A DNA stretch of 64,000 nucleotides from Lama guanicoe (Eukaryota). This document shows, piece by piece, positions 24,731-37,025 of this stretch. The stretch spans positions 8,825,957 through 8,889,956 of the forward strand of contig MU053881.1 of the NCBI GenBank assembly GCA_013239625.1, written 5' to 3'. The position numbers and the translations under genes were made by a program. The notes beneath the pieces were generated by a model. That model searched no databases and was not told the origin of the DNA. It saw nothing but the letters and a program-made list of their open reading frames with translations. Within the stretch, counting starts at the first letter, position 1; every line of letters starts with the position of its first letter.

Positions 24731-25789
24731 TCCTTTCTACCCAAAGATAAGGCAGAGAGAGGGTCTTGAGATATTATGCAGTCCAATGTGCGGATTAGAC
24801 GTTGGATCTCAGCTAAAGCTCCAGCTTTCGCATCTAGCTGGCAACATCAGACAAGACCTGCCATCTCAAGCTCTCCAGATGCTTCTAATGCAGGCGGTCC
24901 TCCAACTGCACCGTGACAGACAGTCCTGGGGAATAAGTTTCATGTGATCCTGACTTCTGCATTTAGTGGAGTCCCTGTCAGGTTGATGAACACTTTATCC
25001 ATGCTTTGGTTACCTTGAGTTGAGAGAAGTGTTAACGTATGTCATGAACTCTAAATATTTTACCACTTTCACACTATTGCCAGGAGAGAGAAAATTTGGC
25101 TGACAAGTCAGACCAGCCAGTTGGACATTCTCGCCTACTCTGCATGCTTCTGTCGAGAAAAACAAAGTCTGGCCCATCAATGGGCATCCCATTGACTCGC
25201 CTGCATGGTTCCTGGCAAGCGCCCACGGACAGAAACGGATCAGAGCTGGTCCCCAAGACACCGACAGGGGAGTCAGTGAGAGCACCTTGCCTGTCATCTG
25301 TGTTCAGCTAACTGAACCCAGGAGCCAAGAACTGCACCTGATTCTGCTCACCTGTACAAAATGTGAATAAAGACAAATGGGGGACTAAATTTGGATGCAG
25401 AGAAATGCTATAATCAGATCCCTGAGCTACTACGAAGCTTCCTTTTTTCCTCTGGGGTGCACTGAAGAGACAAGAAGACAAAAATAAGAAGACCCAGGAC
25501 TTGGACGCTGTCGGCACACACAGCTGGTCATGAGTACAAACACAGGGGCGTCTTCACCCAAGAGGCATGGCTGTGAACCATTAAGACAGACTTCCATGTA
25601 TGCTTTATTCGAACATCTTTCTGCTTTACAGTCACACCTCATGTCTCTGTATAGACACAGAAAATACCTGAGAAATCCTGATAGACAGATGATGGCCAAG
25701 GAAGAGAAAGCCGTGGGGGAGGCCGCCCGGTATAGCGGGAAATATTGGGCTTCCTTCCCGCCTAAGAGCTAACTCCCAACCTCCCCACA

Positions 25790-25975
25790 TCCAAGCCAGA
25801 GGTGAGAGCTATGTGGGAAATTATTTAGCATATCCAGGGCCCCAATTTCCTCATCTGTAGAATGGAAGTTATACCAATCATTCCACCGGGCCATTAGGAG
25901 AAATAAACAAGCTAAAACCCATGGAAGTCATCTCATATGCGGCCTGAAACATTACTAGGACTCAAATGTGGACTG
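25790..25975 (+). mobile_element. MIR
   Basis: caatttcctcatctgtagaatggaa...attaggagaaataaa...gcctgaaacattactaggactcaa. Confidence 0.65.
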
Positions 25976-26439
25976 AATATGATGACATCCTTCATGGGAC
26001 AACTTCTGGTTTGCAGTCACCCAAGCTGTCTTTCTACCTCGCTGGCAGAGCTTCTAAGATTATATCGATAATTTGAATTATTTATGCATCAACTAATTGT
26101 TTCTATTCAGATGCAAACAAGGCTACTGGAATAAAAGTGGCTGGTAGACCAGGTGGTGTCCTCACAGCAGGAATTAAAGCTTGAAAACATTCCAACCTCT
26201 TTACATAACTTTGGTTAGAGTGTAAGAGACTGGCGTTGGGAGGAATGCACCTCCGGTGTCTTAAATCCAACAACAAGTTTTAAAGTCTAGGTTTCGGAAC
26301 TGCAAGCCATTCTATTGTCTTCTTATTCCTTCTTTGTTCCAGGGACATGGTGGGAATACAGATTCTGATTTAGAAGGGCGGCAAACTGGTAACTGATCTA
26401 CAAGTGGTATAAGCAGAGGGAGCAAGTACTTCTGCTTCA

Positions 26440-27060
26440 GTAAGGTGAAGTTCACAACCCGAGTAAGGCGAAGTTCAACTTCACAACTGAACTGGCTATA
26501 GAAAGATGGGCTGGAGATCATCAGACAGGTGAGGCAGAAAGAGTATCTTGGGCAGACGGAGGAGTGTGACTGCTGAGAAGCTGAGGGTGGCTGGGAGGTT
26601 GTGTCTAAGAATGGAAAGAGCGAAATGAGATCAGATAGGCAGATCAGGCAGCGTGTGAGGGCTTTCCATGACCTTGTCACTGCCTGGAGGGCAACACACG
26701 TCTTGTTTGCTTTTGTGGTTCAGCATCTGGTGCAGAGCCAGGCAGAGAAAGAACGTGGATGGCCTGGGCTTCAGGAAGATGGCAGTGATTAACTAGCAAT
26801 ATGGCGGGCGGATGGATGGACTGGAAAAGGGAGAGGCTAGAGTTGGGGCTGCTATGGAGAGTGTTTCACCAGATTCAGCTACAGACAATGATGAATTAAG
26901 ACAGCAGAGTGAACGTCAAGAGTCAGGGAAACAGTTAAGAAGAGGCTAAGGAAAGGAAGTGATAGAAATGGTCAACTGGGCATGGATCATAAGGGAAAAG
27001 GAAGAATCAAGAATGTCGGCCTGTTTTTAGCTGGGGAACTCAAAGGGAGACATAATTTCA
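26440..27060 (-). mobile_element. L2 internal fragments
   Basis: Purine-rich degenerate L2 antisense signature (gatggactggaaaagggagaggctagagttgggg...aagggaaaaggaagaatcaagaatg). Confidence 0.5.
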
Positions 27061-27214
27061 TAGAATCTAAAAAACCATTTGCTAGTCTTCCTTTTCTCCT
27101 TCCCTATCAAGATAGTTCCCATTTCACGACTTACTTCCTTCTCAACATTCCAGTCTCTCCCTCTAACATGGCTGCCCTGTCCACTGGCAATTCTGACTAA
27201 CAGGACATTACTGG

Positions 27215-27435
27215 AGGTGTTCTGAAGTCAGACAGATATACGAGTGTCCATCCTGGCAATGGTACTTGCAAGCTTTTAGGCCGGGGGTCAGGTTCTTTAA
27301 TCCTCCCAGCCTTTCTTTCCTCATCTGAGAAGTGGGGAGACCACTATTCTTGTCTAGATCATGTGGAGTCAAGTAGATGACATCCTTGGCACCATGTCTT
27401 GTTCATAGTAAGTGTTCCATAAACGTTAACTACTA
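27215..27435 (+). mobile_element. MIR
   Basis: tctgaagtcagacaga...tttcctcatctgagaagtgggga...catagtaagtgttccataaacgtta. Confidence 0.7.
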
Positions 27436-27494
27436 TTTTTATTATTTGCTACATTGGTTTATTACTATTATTTTGAAAATTTTTGAATTATTTT

Positions 27495-27963
27495 TTTAAT
27501 TGTTATTTTTTATTGAAGTGTAGTTGATTTACAATGTTAGTTTCATGTGTATAGCAAAGCAATTCAGTTATTCATATGTATATATATACACACACACATA
27601 TATGTATATTTTTTTCAGATTCTTTTCTATTAGAGCTCATTTCAAGAAACTGAATGCAGTTCCCTGTGCTATACAGTAGGTCCTTGTTATCTGTCTATTT
27701 TATATATAGAAATGTCTGTCTATTAATCCCAGACTCCTAATCAATCCCTCCCCGCCTTCCCCCTCTAGTAACCACAGTTTGTTTTCTATGTCTGTGAGTC
27801 TATGTCTGGTTTGTAAATAAAATTTGTCTTTTTCTTTCAGATTCCACATATAAGTGACATCATATGATATTTGTCTTTCTCTGTATGATTTACTTCACTT
27901 AGTACGATAACAGCTATCACATAATAGCTATGATAATCTCTAGGTCCATCCACGTTGCTGCAA
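27495..27963 (-). mobile_element. L1 3' end, cetartiodactyl/camelid type, runs into gap
   Basis: tttttattgaagtgtagttgatttacaatgtt...gttccctgtgctatacagtaggtcc...agattccacatataagtgacatcatatg...ctctaggtccatccacgttgctgcaa. Confidence 0.92.
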
Positions 27964-28165
27964 NNNNNNNNNNNNNNNNNNNNNNNNNNNNNNNNNNNNN
28001 NNNNNNNNNNNNNNNNNNNNNNNNNNNNNNNNNNNNNNNNNNNNNNNNNNNNNNNNNNNNNNNNNNNNNNNNNNNNNNNNNNNNNNNNNNNNNNNNNNNN
28101 NNNNNNNNNNNNNNNNNNNNNNNNNNNNNNNNNNNNNNNNNNNNNNNNNNNNNNNNNNNNNNNNN
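27964..28165. other. Assembly gap
   Basis: N run. Confidence 1.
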
Positions 28166-28269
28166 GTCAATTAGCACATTTTCTGAGCTGCATTAAGAGC
28201 CTCCCTCCTCCTTTCAAGCTTTACGTCTACAATAGCATGATTTTCCTCCAGACCTACCCTTCTCAAACT

Positions 28270-28428
28270 GCTCAGTGCACAGCTCAATCAACTGGGGGTC
28301 TAATTCAAGACACAGAATCTATTTTAGGGAGTCTGGGGTGGGTTCTGAGAGGCAGTATTTCTCACAAGCTCCCAGGGGTTGCCAATATGTCGGTCTGGTC
28401 AGTGGACCACCCTTTAAGGAACAAGGAT
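28270..28428. mobile_element. MER5-family hAT relic
   Basis: gtctggggtgggttctgagaggcagtatttctcacaagctcccagggg...gtggaccaccctttaaggaacaagg. Confidence 0.7.
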
Positions 28429-30215
28429 ACAGGCTCTCTAGAAAATTTTGGAGAAGAGAATGACACGGAGATCACAACTACTTTTGATCTTTCACTACGT
28501 ATCCTTCACACTGACCAGGAAACACTTCCTTTTAGCCTAAATAGCTTCACTGTAATTACACTCTTTGTTTTCCCCACCTATGTATTTAACGCCTGTGAAC
28601 GGGGCCAACTCAAGATTGATCACCCAGTCTTCTTCTGAGGCTAAAATACTTGGAACTCAAGTGGGCGTTATAAAAATAAATTCTATTTATTCTGTACACA
28701 GCGAGTGAAATCCTTGCACATCCTAATGTAATAAATATATTTTTCAACGTCTGTTCCATAATTTATCACACAATTTCTCTCTTGGCTTACTGTGGCTTTT
28801 CATCAGGACAAAACCAATCGGATAAGATGAAGACATTGCCAGTAATTTTTTAATATTATGGTGAAATTGTATATTTTCTTAGATGGCTGATTTGATATAA
28901 GGCCTCAACTCTGGTCCATAAATCACTGGGTGGTTGAGATTTGTAGCAATTTCATATTTAATCTGTAGCCCATTGATACACCATCAGGGCTTGAGAAATG
29001 ATTAAGAAGAACTTGGAAGGTAAGCATGGGTGATGGTGGATAATAACCTAATTTCAAAGACAATTGTAGACAGAGGACCCTGGAATGGACAAAACAAATC
29101 AGGTGGTTTTTTTTCCCCCTTTTCCCTTATATTGTTGATGATTTTTAATAAACTTCCAACTTGCACTCTGGCTTCTCTGGCGGGATGGGGGGTGGGTTTC
29201 TCAGGCATTACAGATGCCATTCTGTCATGACTGACACCAGATACCAAGAAAATGCCTCCTTTTCTGGAAGTTTTATTTCCTTAAAGCTTTGTATGCGAGT
29301 TTCAAGATCTCCCTCAATGATTTATCTCCTTAGGGCTTGCCAAGGGCTGAGTGTGAGAAAAGAAAGGTGCCCTGAGCCATGAAGGCTGTGACTTTGCTTT
29401 ATTCATGATTGTACTCCCAGCATCTTAGGATAACACTTGACTCAAGACAGGTATTTTTTGAGGCATTGAAATGGGGTGTTTAATTTTCATTCATTTGTTG
29501 CAAGTCATCCATAGTCACTTCTAAAACACAGCGTTCTTGCTCCTTCCTTTAGCCTAGGTGTCAAGTTGAACGGTTTAGAGCCTCCTCCCCAGAGGGACCC
29601 ATCCCAGAACCATCCTGGGCGCTTAGAAACGAAGACACCCTGATGTCATTCCTCTTACTCCCTCCGCATCGCAAACGGAGACAGCGCTCCCACCTTTGCA
29701 GCTCAGCAGTCAGCCGAGATCAGCGCGCTCACATGGCAGAGCGTTACTTCCCAGTTGCCTTGTCTCGTCTGAGAAGCGTGTCTCGATTTATTCCATTTCG
29801 AGTCGCCACGATCTTGCAAGAATTTAGGAAACGCAAACAAACTTGAAATAGAAACGGTTGTGATCCTGTCCCCCTCTAAGAGCCTCTGCTGGCTCTGTCG
29901 CCAGTGCACTCTCATGCGCGTGCCAGCTTGTTCAGTTTATTTCTCATAAATTCTTCACGGCTTGCTATTCTTTCTGTAAGGCGATTTCAGAAAGCGAGAC
30001 AGAGACACATAGCTTCTTTGCAAATGAAATGCATCCCCCTTAAGTTTCAGGCCAATGCTGCATTTTTCTCCCAGGCCAAGGGAGCACCTCCTTCCCAGCT
30101 CCCGGCTCTGGGAATCCAAGGAAACCTGAGCTCTTCTCCTGCACTTACAATAAAAGCCAAGGAGTAATGTGTCCTTAAACTATAATTTGCTTGCATTCCC
30201 AGCTTCCCATCCACC

Positions 30216-30363
30216 NNNNNNNNNNNNNNNNNNNNNNNNNNNNNNNNNNNNNNNNNNNNNNNNNNNNNNNNNNNNNNNNNNNNNNNNNNNNNNNNNNNNN
30301 NNNNNNNNNNNNNNNNNNNNNNNNNNNNNNNNNNNNNNNNNNNNNNNNNNNNNNNNNNNNNNN
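30216..30363. other. Assembly gap
   Basis: N run. Confidence 1.
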
Positions 30364-30424
30364 AGATAGTGGGGAAGAGGGCGCAGGACCCCACCACACT
30401 TTTGATAACACAACCTCTGTGGGC

Positions 30425-30628
30425 NNNNNNNNNNNNNNNNNNNNNNNNNNNNNNNNNNNNNNNNNNNNNNNNNNNNNNNNNNNNNNNNNNNNNNNNNNNN
30501 NNNNNNNNNNNNNNNNNNNNNNNNNNNNNNNNNNNNNNNNNNNNNNNNNNNNNNNNNNNNNNNNNNNNNNNNNNNNNNNNNNNNNNNNNNNNNNNNNNNN
30601 NNNNNNNNNNNNNNNNNNNNNNNNNNNN
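30425..30628. other. Assembly gap
   Basis: N run. Confidence 1.
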
Positions 30629-30768
30629 CATTAGTGAAGTATCCAAGTACGGGAGCGTTGTAACACACATGCGCGCGCGCGCGGAGTCAGCTGCTCCCAG
30701 CACGGGAAAAACACAAGCGACACATTGTTGATTGCTCAGCAAACCCAATTATGAATTAACCCGCTATT

Positions 30769-30973
30769 NNNNNNNNNNNNNNNNNNNNNNNNNNNNNNNN
30801 NNNNNNNNNNNNNNNNNNNNNNNNNNNNNNNNNNNNNNNNNNNNNNNNNNNNNNNNNNNNNNNNNNNNNNNNNNNNNNNNNNNNNNNNNNNNNNNNNNNN
30901 NNNNNNNNNNNNNNNNNNNNNNNNNNNNNNNNNNNNNNNNNNNNNNNNNNNNNNNNNNNNNNNNNNNNNNNNN
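30769..30973. other. Assembly gap
   Basis: N run. Confidence 1.
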
Positions 30974-33900
30974 TCACTGGGCTCTCTGATAGAAAGATTA
31001 AGAGAGAGGGCAACATGCAAGGTCACCATCTCAGCTTCCAAAACACTGCCACCCGCTCCCGCCTCCCTCCCCGGCAGCATGCCGGAGAAGTCGAGATCTG
31101 AAAATTCATTCCTAATTACTCCGGTGTCATTTCTAGTCCTGCCTTTGTGGCGACAAAACTCAAACCGCGGGCTCAGCTGTGTCTCTGTCTCCTGTCGCGG
31201 CTGCAGCCTGATGATGCGGCAGGCCGGCTGACGGGAGGTGTGCAGGGGGTGCCGCGCCCCGCCATCCTCCCGGACGAGGGCAGCGTCTCGCTCCTGACGG
31301 GCTCCAAGTGGCAAGGTGGTTATTAATTACCAGAAGGGTCAGCGTGATGCGCGGGGGCCTGGGGAGCCGGCCACGTTCTGGAAACGTTCTGTGATCGCTC
31401 AACACACGTCTCAGGGCCTCTTTCTGAGGATGAGCGGTCACCGTTTTCATTTGCTCAACGTTAACGGTTGTGCATTAGTAGAAAAAAGAGAAGTAGAAAC
31501 AAAGCCTTCATCTCCCAGATGCAGTGCCAAAAACGCATCTGGATAGCGACATTCTGAAAGCAGGCTACGTGTAGTCTCGCCATGAATTAACCTTTCGCTG
31601 AGCGCTAACTCGGTGCTAAGTTCTACATGAAACGTCATATATTAGTAAACGGTGGCCGTGTTTATTGTCCTAGGAAATAATAATAACATTACTCAAAGTT
31701 GTTAGAACACTACTGGGGTGGGTACAAAGACCTTCTTCACTTTGTTGCCAGGGTGGCTCCCGATCTTTGCTCAAAACCTGCCAACCCTGACCTGTAGCAG
31801 GAGTTAAAAATAGATCTTTAAGCTAAAGCATCCAGAGATAAGAAAGGAAGCTACAAACAAAACCCGGATGAAGCTGGCTGGCACCAAGATGGTGGCCAAC
31901 CTGACCCCCAACAGACCTTGCGTCTCATTAAACGCCGATTTTCCTACATTAGAAATTAAATGACACACCTGCCCGCGGCCACGGCTGGACATTAAGGACC
32001 AGGAAAAGGATAAAAAGGGGGTGGTACCCCCTCCCTCGGAAAAAGCCCCGCCCCTCCCATTGGACTAATGCCTGTGCCGCCCCATCCTGAGCCTCGTTCC
32101 TCCTGCTCCCTTTGTCTTCACTCTTTACAGTTAAATCCCTCTCTCCAGGTGAGCGAGAAGTTGTTTGGGACCTAGGTTCCTGCTTCCCCATCCTATGTGC
32201 TGTGTCCATCTTAGCTTCGGTTTTGTTATTCGGAACAGAAAAAGAACCCTCCCCCGCCCAGGCAGAGAGCCCCCGCCCGCCAGGCTAAGGCCAGAGCCGG
32301 GGCCATAAATCTGAATTCAGTAACAACTTTACAAAATCATTCGTCATAAGGTTCCCTTTATACAGACTTTCCTCACCACACTGAAAATGCTGTTCATCTC
32401 TGAAGTCAACTCAGGTGAAGCAACATATGCCACGTCTCCATCAAACACAAAGCAACGTGTCCCGTGCGGGGAGACAGATGACACTGAGGTCCTTTGCTTT
32501 GCAGAGAAAGCTTCTCTTATCACCTGTCGCCCTACTGGGCTGTGAACTGTGTCAGGCCCTGGTTGAAGTGCTTTGCATGGATTTTTACCATTTATCTTCA
32601 CCACAAGTTCCCCGTTTTATGGGTGAAGCACCTCGGATGCAGACAGTTAGGTGAGTCTCTCGAGGTCGCCAGCAGGCAGGTGGCAGGCTTTGCACCCCTG
32701 CTCAGCCTGGTACTTCACCTTCTTCCTCCTACTCCCCGATCAGAGATGGAAATACAGTCCTCCAACTCGGAAACTAGTATGAAAAAAGTTCCCCACCTAG
32801 GGACACCCTGAGAATCCCAATTCACAAACGAAAGTGGTGCTCCCTCTCTGCTGGGCTTACAGCACGCAATCCGCAGAAGCCCCGGAGAGTCCACCCCTTC
32901 CTCAGTGGATGGAGAATATTCTTTGATTGTCCCTTTTGCTTCTGAAGGGGATGCTTTCTTGGGCTAGAACTGGGATTTGCAAATCCCCCTGGATTCCACC
33001 GGCAGCATGTTCCGTGAGCAGGTCTCTTACTCTTTCTCAGTTTCTGCATCATAATTTACGGGTGAGGGAAGACGAAAGGGGGGAGAGGAGGAAAAGGAAG
33101 CTTCTTCAATTCATCCTTTCACAGAACTGCCAGCTGTGCCTGACGCTGGGGCATCAGAGATGGGCTTCCCCCAGCTTGAAAGGCACGGATATCGCCCCTT
33201 AGGAGAAGCATTAGCCCCACTTCCTCACCCCTTCCCTGCACACCTCCACGCTCAGACCCCAAGTGAGGAACCCCAGGCAGCTCCTTGTTTAAGTCACAAC
33301 AACAAAAAAAGGTGAGGACGATGTTGCTAAAATCAGAGCCGCTGCTTCGCTGCTCTGTGGATGCGAACGTTGGCCGGTGGTTTTTTCTCACCCTGAGAAG
33401 GAACTGAGCTGCCCAGCCAAGAGCAGTGGACCACCAAGAATAAGTGAGGCCCCCCACGGACTGTCTCCTTTTTTTCCCTTTTTTGTTCTGGGGCCTCCCT
33501 CCCTCTCGGGAAGAGGCTGGCGCGCACACTGGCGTCTCAGCCTTTCAAGGTGAACCTCTCGTCCTGGAGACGTGCTTCCCGGCAAAGGCTGGAGGAGAGG
33601 GAAGGGAGGGGGTCCAGATCAAAGCCGGCTTTGAAATGAGTATAATTTTTGGAATGTTGCTAAGAGTGTAACACACAGTTCAGCAGGAAATTGGCTCTGG
33701 AAACAGCTTTGTAGTCGCTCCCCGGGACTGGTGATTTCCCTGACCTGGTGGCAGAGGTGCGGAGCCGAACAGCGGGGGAGATGAAGATTGCTGACTCTCG
33801 CCGATCTGATTTAAATTTTTCACCAGCCGGGTCCTCTGGCTCGGACTCACTGAACAAAAATACAGTACGAGAAAGTCTGGTACAAACCCCGGGAGAAACT

Positions 33901-35101
33901 GGGGCTCTTTCAATGGATTCTGAACAGGTTCCAGGACTGGACAGAAAGGACGGGAGGGATTCTTGCTTCCCGTGGCAGACTGAAAAAAGCCAGAGTTACA
34001 GAAAAAAAAATAGCAATGGTTTATTATGTGTCAGACTGTCTAAGTGGCGTCCACCATGTGAGAATCCGTGAAAAGTGCTAAGCATCATGCCTGGCGCCCA
34101 GCAAGAGCGCCACATATGTTATTAGCTTCCTAATCCTCATCACAAACCTATACGTTAGGTCCTTCTTTATGCTCCTTCTACAAATAGGTAAGGAGTCCAA
34201 GGAACGTCCCCAAGGTCAGTCAGATTCAATGGCAGCACTGATCATGAAACACACCTCTTGGAATCTGACATTCCTATATTTCTTGCACATAAAGAGTATG
34301 ACTGGAATCTAAGACAAGAATAGTTAACAGTGATGCTTTTGATACAATGAAGGCTTTGCTACGATTAACGCCCTCCCAATTAAGGAGGTACCATCCTTTC
34401 ATAAAATAAAACCCTGACTATGTGTTCTTATGGACAAAGAAAGAGGGAACAGATAGTTTTTCTCATTAGCACCCAGGTTTTCTCTCCCAGGGTGCCATGA
34501 GGTTTAGAGGTGTTCTGTTCTCTGGGTTTATGCCTTTAGTGTATGTCCTTGTTACTGTATGGAGAGGGGCTGGAGAGTGGGAATTAGGTGAACACTTGGT
34601 GAATCGACACAGGGGGAACAAAAGAGTTTGCTGGGAAATTGAGACCCAGACGCACGCTTGGAATATCAGTGGAGTAACAGGGGCCGATGCCAGCAGCAGG
34701 GAGCTGGCGGTTCGTGGGGGTGTAGAGGAGAAAAGAACCCAATATGGAGCAAACTTCACCGAACAGGAGGGGAAAAGACACTTCCAAGAACGGATTCAGA
34801 CACCTTAAATGAAAGCTCGCTGGGGATGAGATTTGACCATATGTTGTCAGGGATTTAATTTCTCCCTTTTCCTCCTCTCTCTCCAACTCCCTTCTCTACT
34901 GCTGGGGACTAAAATCCCTTTTGACAACACTGAAGCTAGCTGTCCTTCGTGGGTAATGGAAGGTCTACCTCTTCTTGTGTTAATGGGCATTCAGAAGGCA
35001 GTACCCCGAGGCTGGGGGGTAAATATAATTTTTCCTTCCCTTTCACTCTGAGCTGGTATCTTTTTATCCCAACAGGGATGAGGGTGACTTGAAGAGTGGA
35101 G

Positions 35102-36032
35102 AGTAGTAGGTGGAATGATGATCCTTAAAGATGTCCACATCTTTAACCCTAGAACCTGTGACTATGTGGGGTTACATGGTGTCATGGGTTGAACTGTATG
35201 CCCCGTCCCAAAATATGTTGAAGTCCCTGCCCTCAACTTCAGATGTGACTTGATGTGGTAACAGGGTCATTGCAGTTGTAACTGGTTATGATGAGGTCAT
35301 ACCGAAGCAGGACAGGCTCCTAAGCCAGGCTCCAAACTGCTGTCCTTGTCAGAAGACAGACACACAAGGAGAACGCTACGTGACAGTGAGGCCAGGGATT
35401 GACGTTACACAGCTGAAAAGCATCAGCACCCCACCAGAAGCGGGGAAGAGGCGAGGAAAGACCCTGCTACGGGTTCCTGAGAGAGCGAGATCCTAACAAC
35501 ATCTGGATTTTGGATTTCCGTGCTCCAGAAGAACAAGACAACGAATTCGTTGTTTTAAGCCACCCCGAGGGTGGTACTTCGTTACGCAGACCAAGGAAAC
35601 TAACATGGGGAAATGGACTAACAGGGAATGAAGGCTGTAGAAGAAATTACGTTTGTTAACCAGGTGACTTTGAAATGGGGTGGTTATCTTGGAGCATCCT
35701 AGGTGGGCTCAATGGAATCATAAGGGTCCTTAGAAGTAGAAGAGGGTAGCAGAAGAGAGAGAGTCAGGGAGATGGAGAAATAAGAAAGAGCCGGTCTAAT
35801 GCTGCCGCTTTTGAAGATGGAGGGAGCGTCCACAAGTCAAGGGATTGCGGCTGAGCCTTGAGAAGCCCGTCACCTAGAGCCTCCAGAAGGAATGCAGCCC
35901 CATCGACACCTTGATTTCAGCCTAAATCAATTTGTTTTGAACTCTGACTTCCGAAATTGTAAAATAATAAATCTGTGTTGTATGAAGCTGCTAACTTGTG
36001 ATTTATTATGGCAGCTGTAGAGAAGGAATACA
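35102..36032 (+). mobile_element. MaLR LTR (MLT1D/E-like), interrupted by a second LTR
   Basis: aaagatgtccacatc...agaacctgtgactatg...ttacatgg // ...ctagagcctccagaaggaatgcagccc...gacaccttgatttcagcc...aataaatctgtgttg...ttatggcagc...aataca. Confidence 0.85.
35180..35603 (+). mobile_element. MaLR LTR (MLT1B/C-like), nested
   Basis: tgtcatgggttgaactgt...atatgttgaagtcc...ccaccagaagc...gttgttttaagccaccc...ggaaactaa; catgg on both sides (35175-35179, 35604-35608). Confidence 0.85.
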
Positions 36033-36219
36033 GGGGGATTCGCTGAACCTGTGCAAGTCAAACTTAGGGTCAGGATCCCCCCACCCCGACCCAGACCAAG
36101 TATGACATGAGAGGAAATGGAAAAACTCAATCTTGGTTGAGCTCCCATTTTCTTCCCTTCCCACCTTTCTGGCCCCTCAATTTAAGGCACACAGATGATC
36201 ATCTCTTCTGTATACATAT

Positions 36220-36358
36220 NNNNNNNNNNNNNNNNNNNNNNNNNNNNNNNNNNNNNNNNNNNNNNNNNNNNNNNNNNNNNNNNNNNNNNNNNNNNNNNNN
36301 NNNNNNNNNNNNNNNNNNNNNNNNNNNNNNNNNNNNNNNNNNNNNNNNNNNNNNNNNN
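36220..36358. other. Assembly gap
   Basis: N run. Confidence 1.
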
Positions 36359-36800
36359 GAAGTAAGTCAGAGACAGAAAAATACCATATGATATCATTCA
36401 TATGTGGCATCTAAAAAAAAACCACCCCACAAAAAAGGAGGACACTAATGAACTCATCTACAAAACAGAAACAGACTCACAGACACAGTAAACAATCTGG
36501 TTACCAAGGAAAGGGGGTGGGAAGGGATACATTTGGGAGTTTGAGATTTGCAAAGGTTAACCACTATATATACATAAATAGACCAAAAAACCAAATTTCT
36601 TCTGTCTAGCACAGGGAACTATATTCAAATACCTTGTAATAACCTTTGATGAAAAAGAATATGAAAATGAATATATGTACGCATATGCATGACTGGGACG
36701 TTGTGCTGCACACCAGAAATTGACAGAAATAGACATACTGTAACTGACTATGCTTCAATAAAAATAAAAATAAAAAAGCAGAAACAAAGCCAAATAAATG
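36359..36800 (+). mobile_element. L1 3' end, camelid type, emerges from gap
   Basis: gaagtaagtcagagacagaaaaataccatatgatatc...aaaacagaaacagactcacagaca...gggagtttgagatttgc...agcacagggaactatattc...cttcaataaaaataaaa. Confidence 0.92.
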
Positions 36801-36829
36801 GTGACAAAAAAACAGTCAAATAACAAAAG

Positions 36830-37025
36830 CTGCTAACATGCATTGACTGGTCCTCAGATGTATGCTCCATCCTTAGCACTTAACATACATGGTCTCTTTT
36901 AGTCCCCGCACCAAACTTTGGTATTGGCTTTGCTCTTATTCCCAGTTTACCGATGAGAAAACAGAGGCAAATGCAATTAAACAACTTGACCTAAGGTACA
37001 GAGCTGGTCAGTGGTGGAGCCGCGA
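36830..37025 (-). mobile_element. MIR
   Basis: ttattcccagtttaccgatgagaaaacagaggc...aacaacttgacctaaggtacagagctggtcagtggtggagcc. Confidence 0.75.

Larger units (their letters stand above)
29640..33920. promoter_or_regulatory. CpG-rich, repeat-free region; probable CpG-island promoter
   Basis: Densest CpG content in the window (e.g. 31050-31400), GC boxes (31255, 32046, 32251, 32270), (CG)6 run, no recognisable interspersed repeats over about 4 kb, three short gaps typical of GC-rich dropout. Confidence 0.65.

Noticed and set aside
27917-31314. Longest ORFs (120-233 aa)
   Set aside because: Their length comes from translating N gaps as X; the same applies at 36.1-36.4 kb and 42.9-43.4 kb
29640-33920. 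Assigning a gene symbol to the locus
   Set aside because: No recognisable coding sequence; any name would be a guess without alignment
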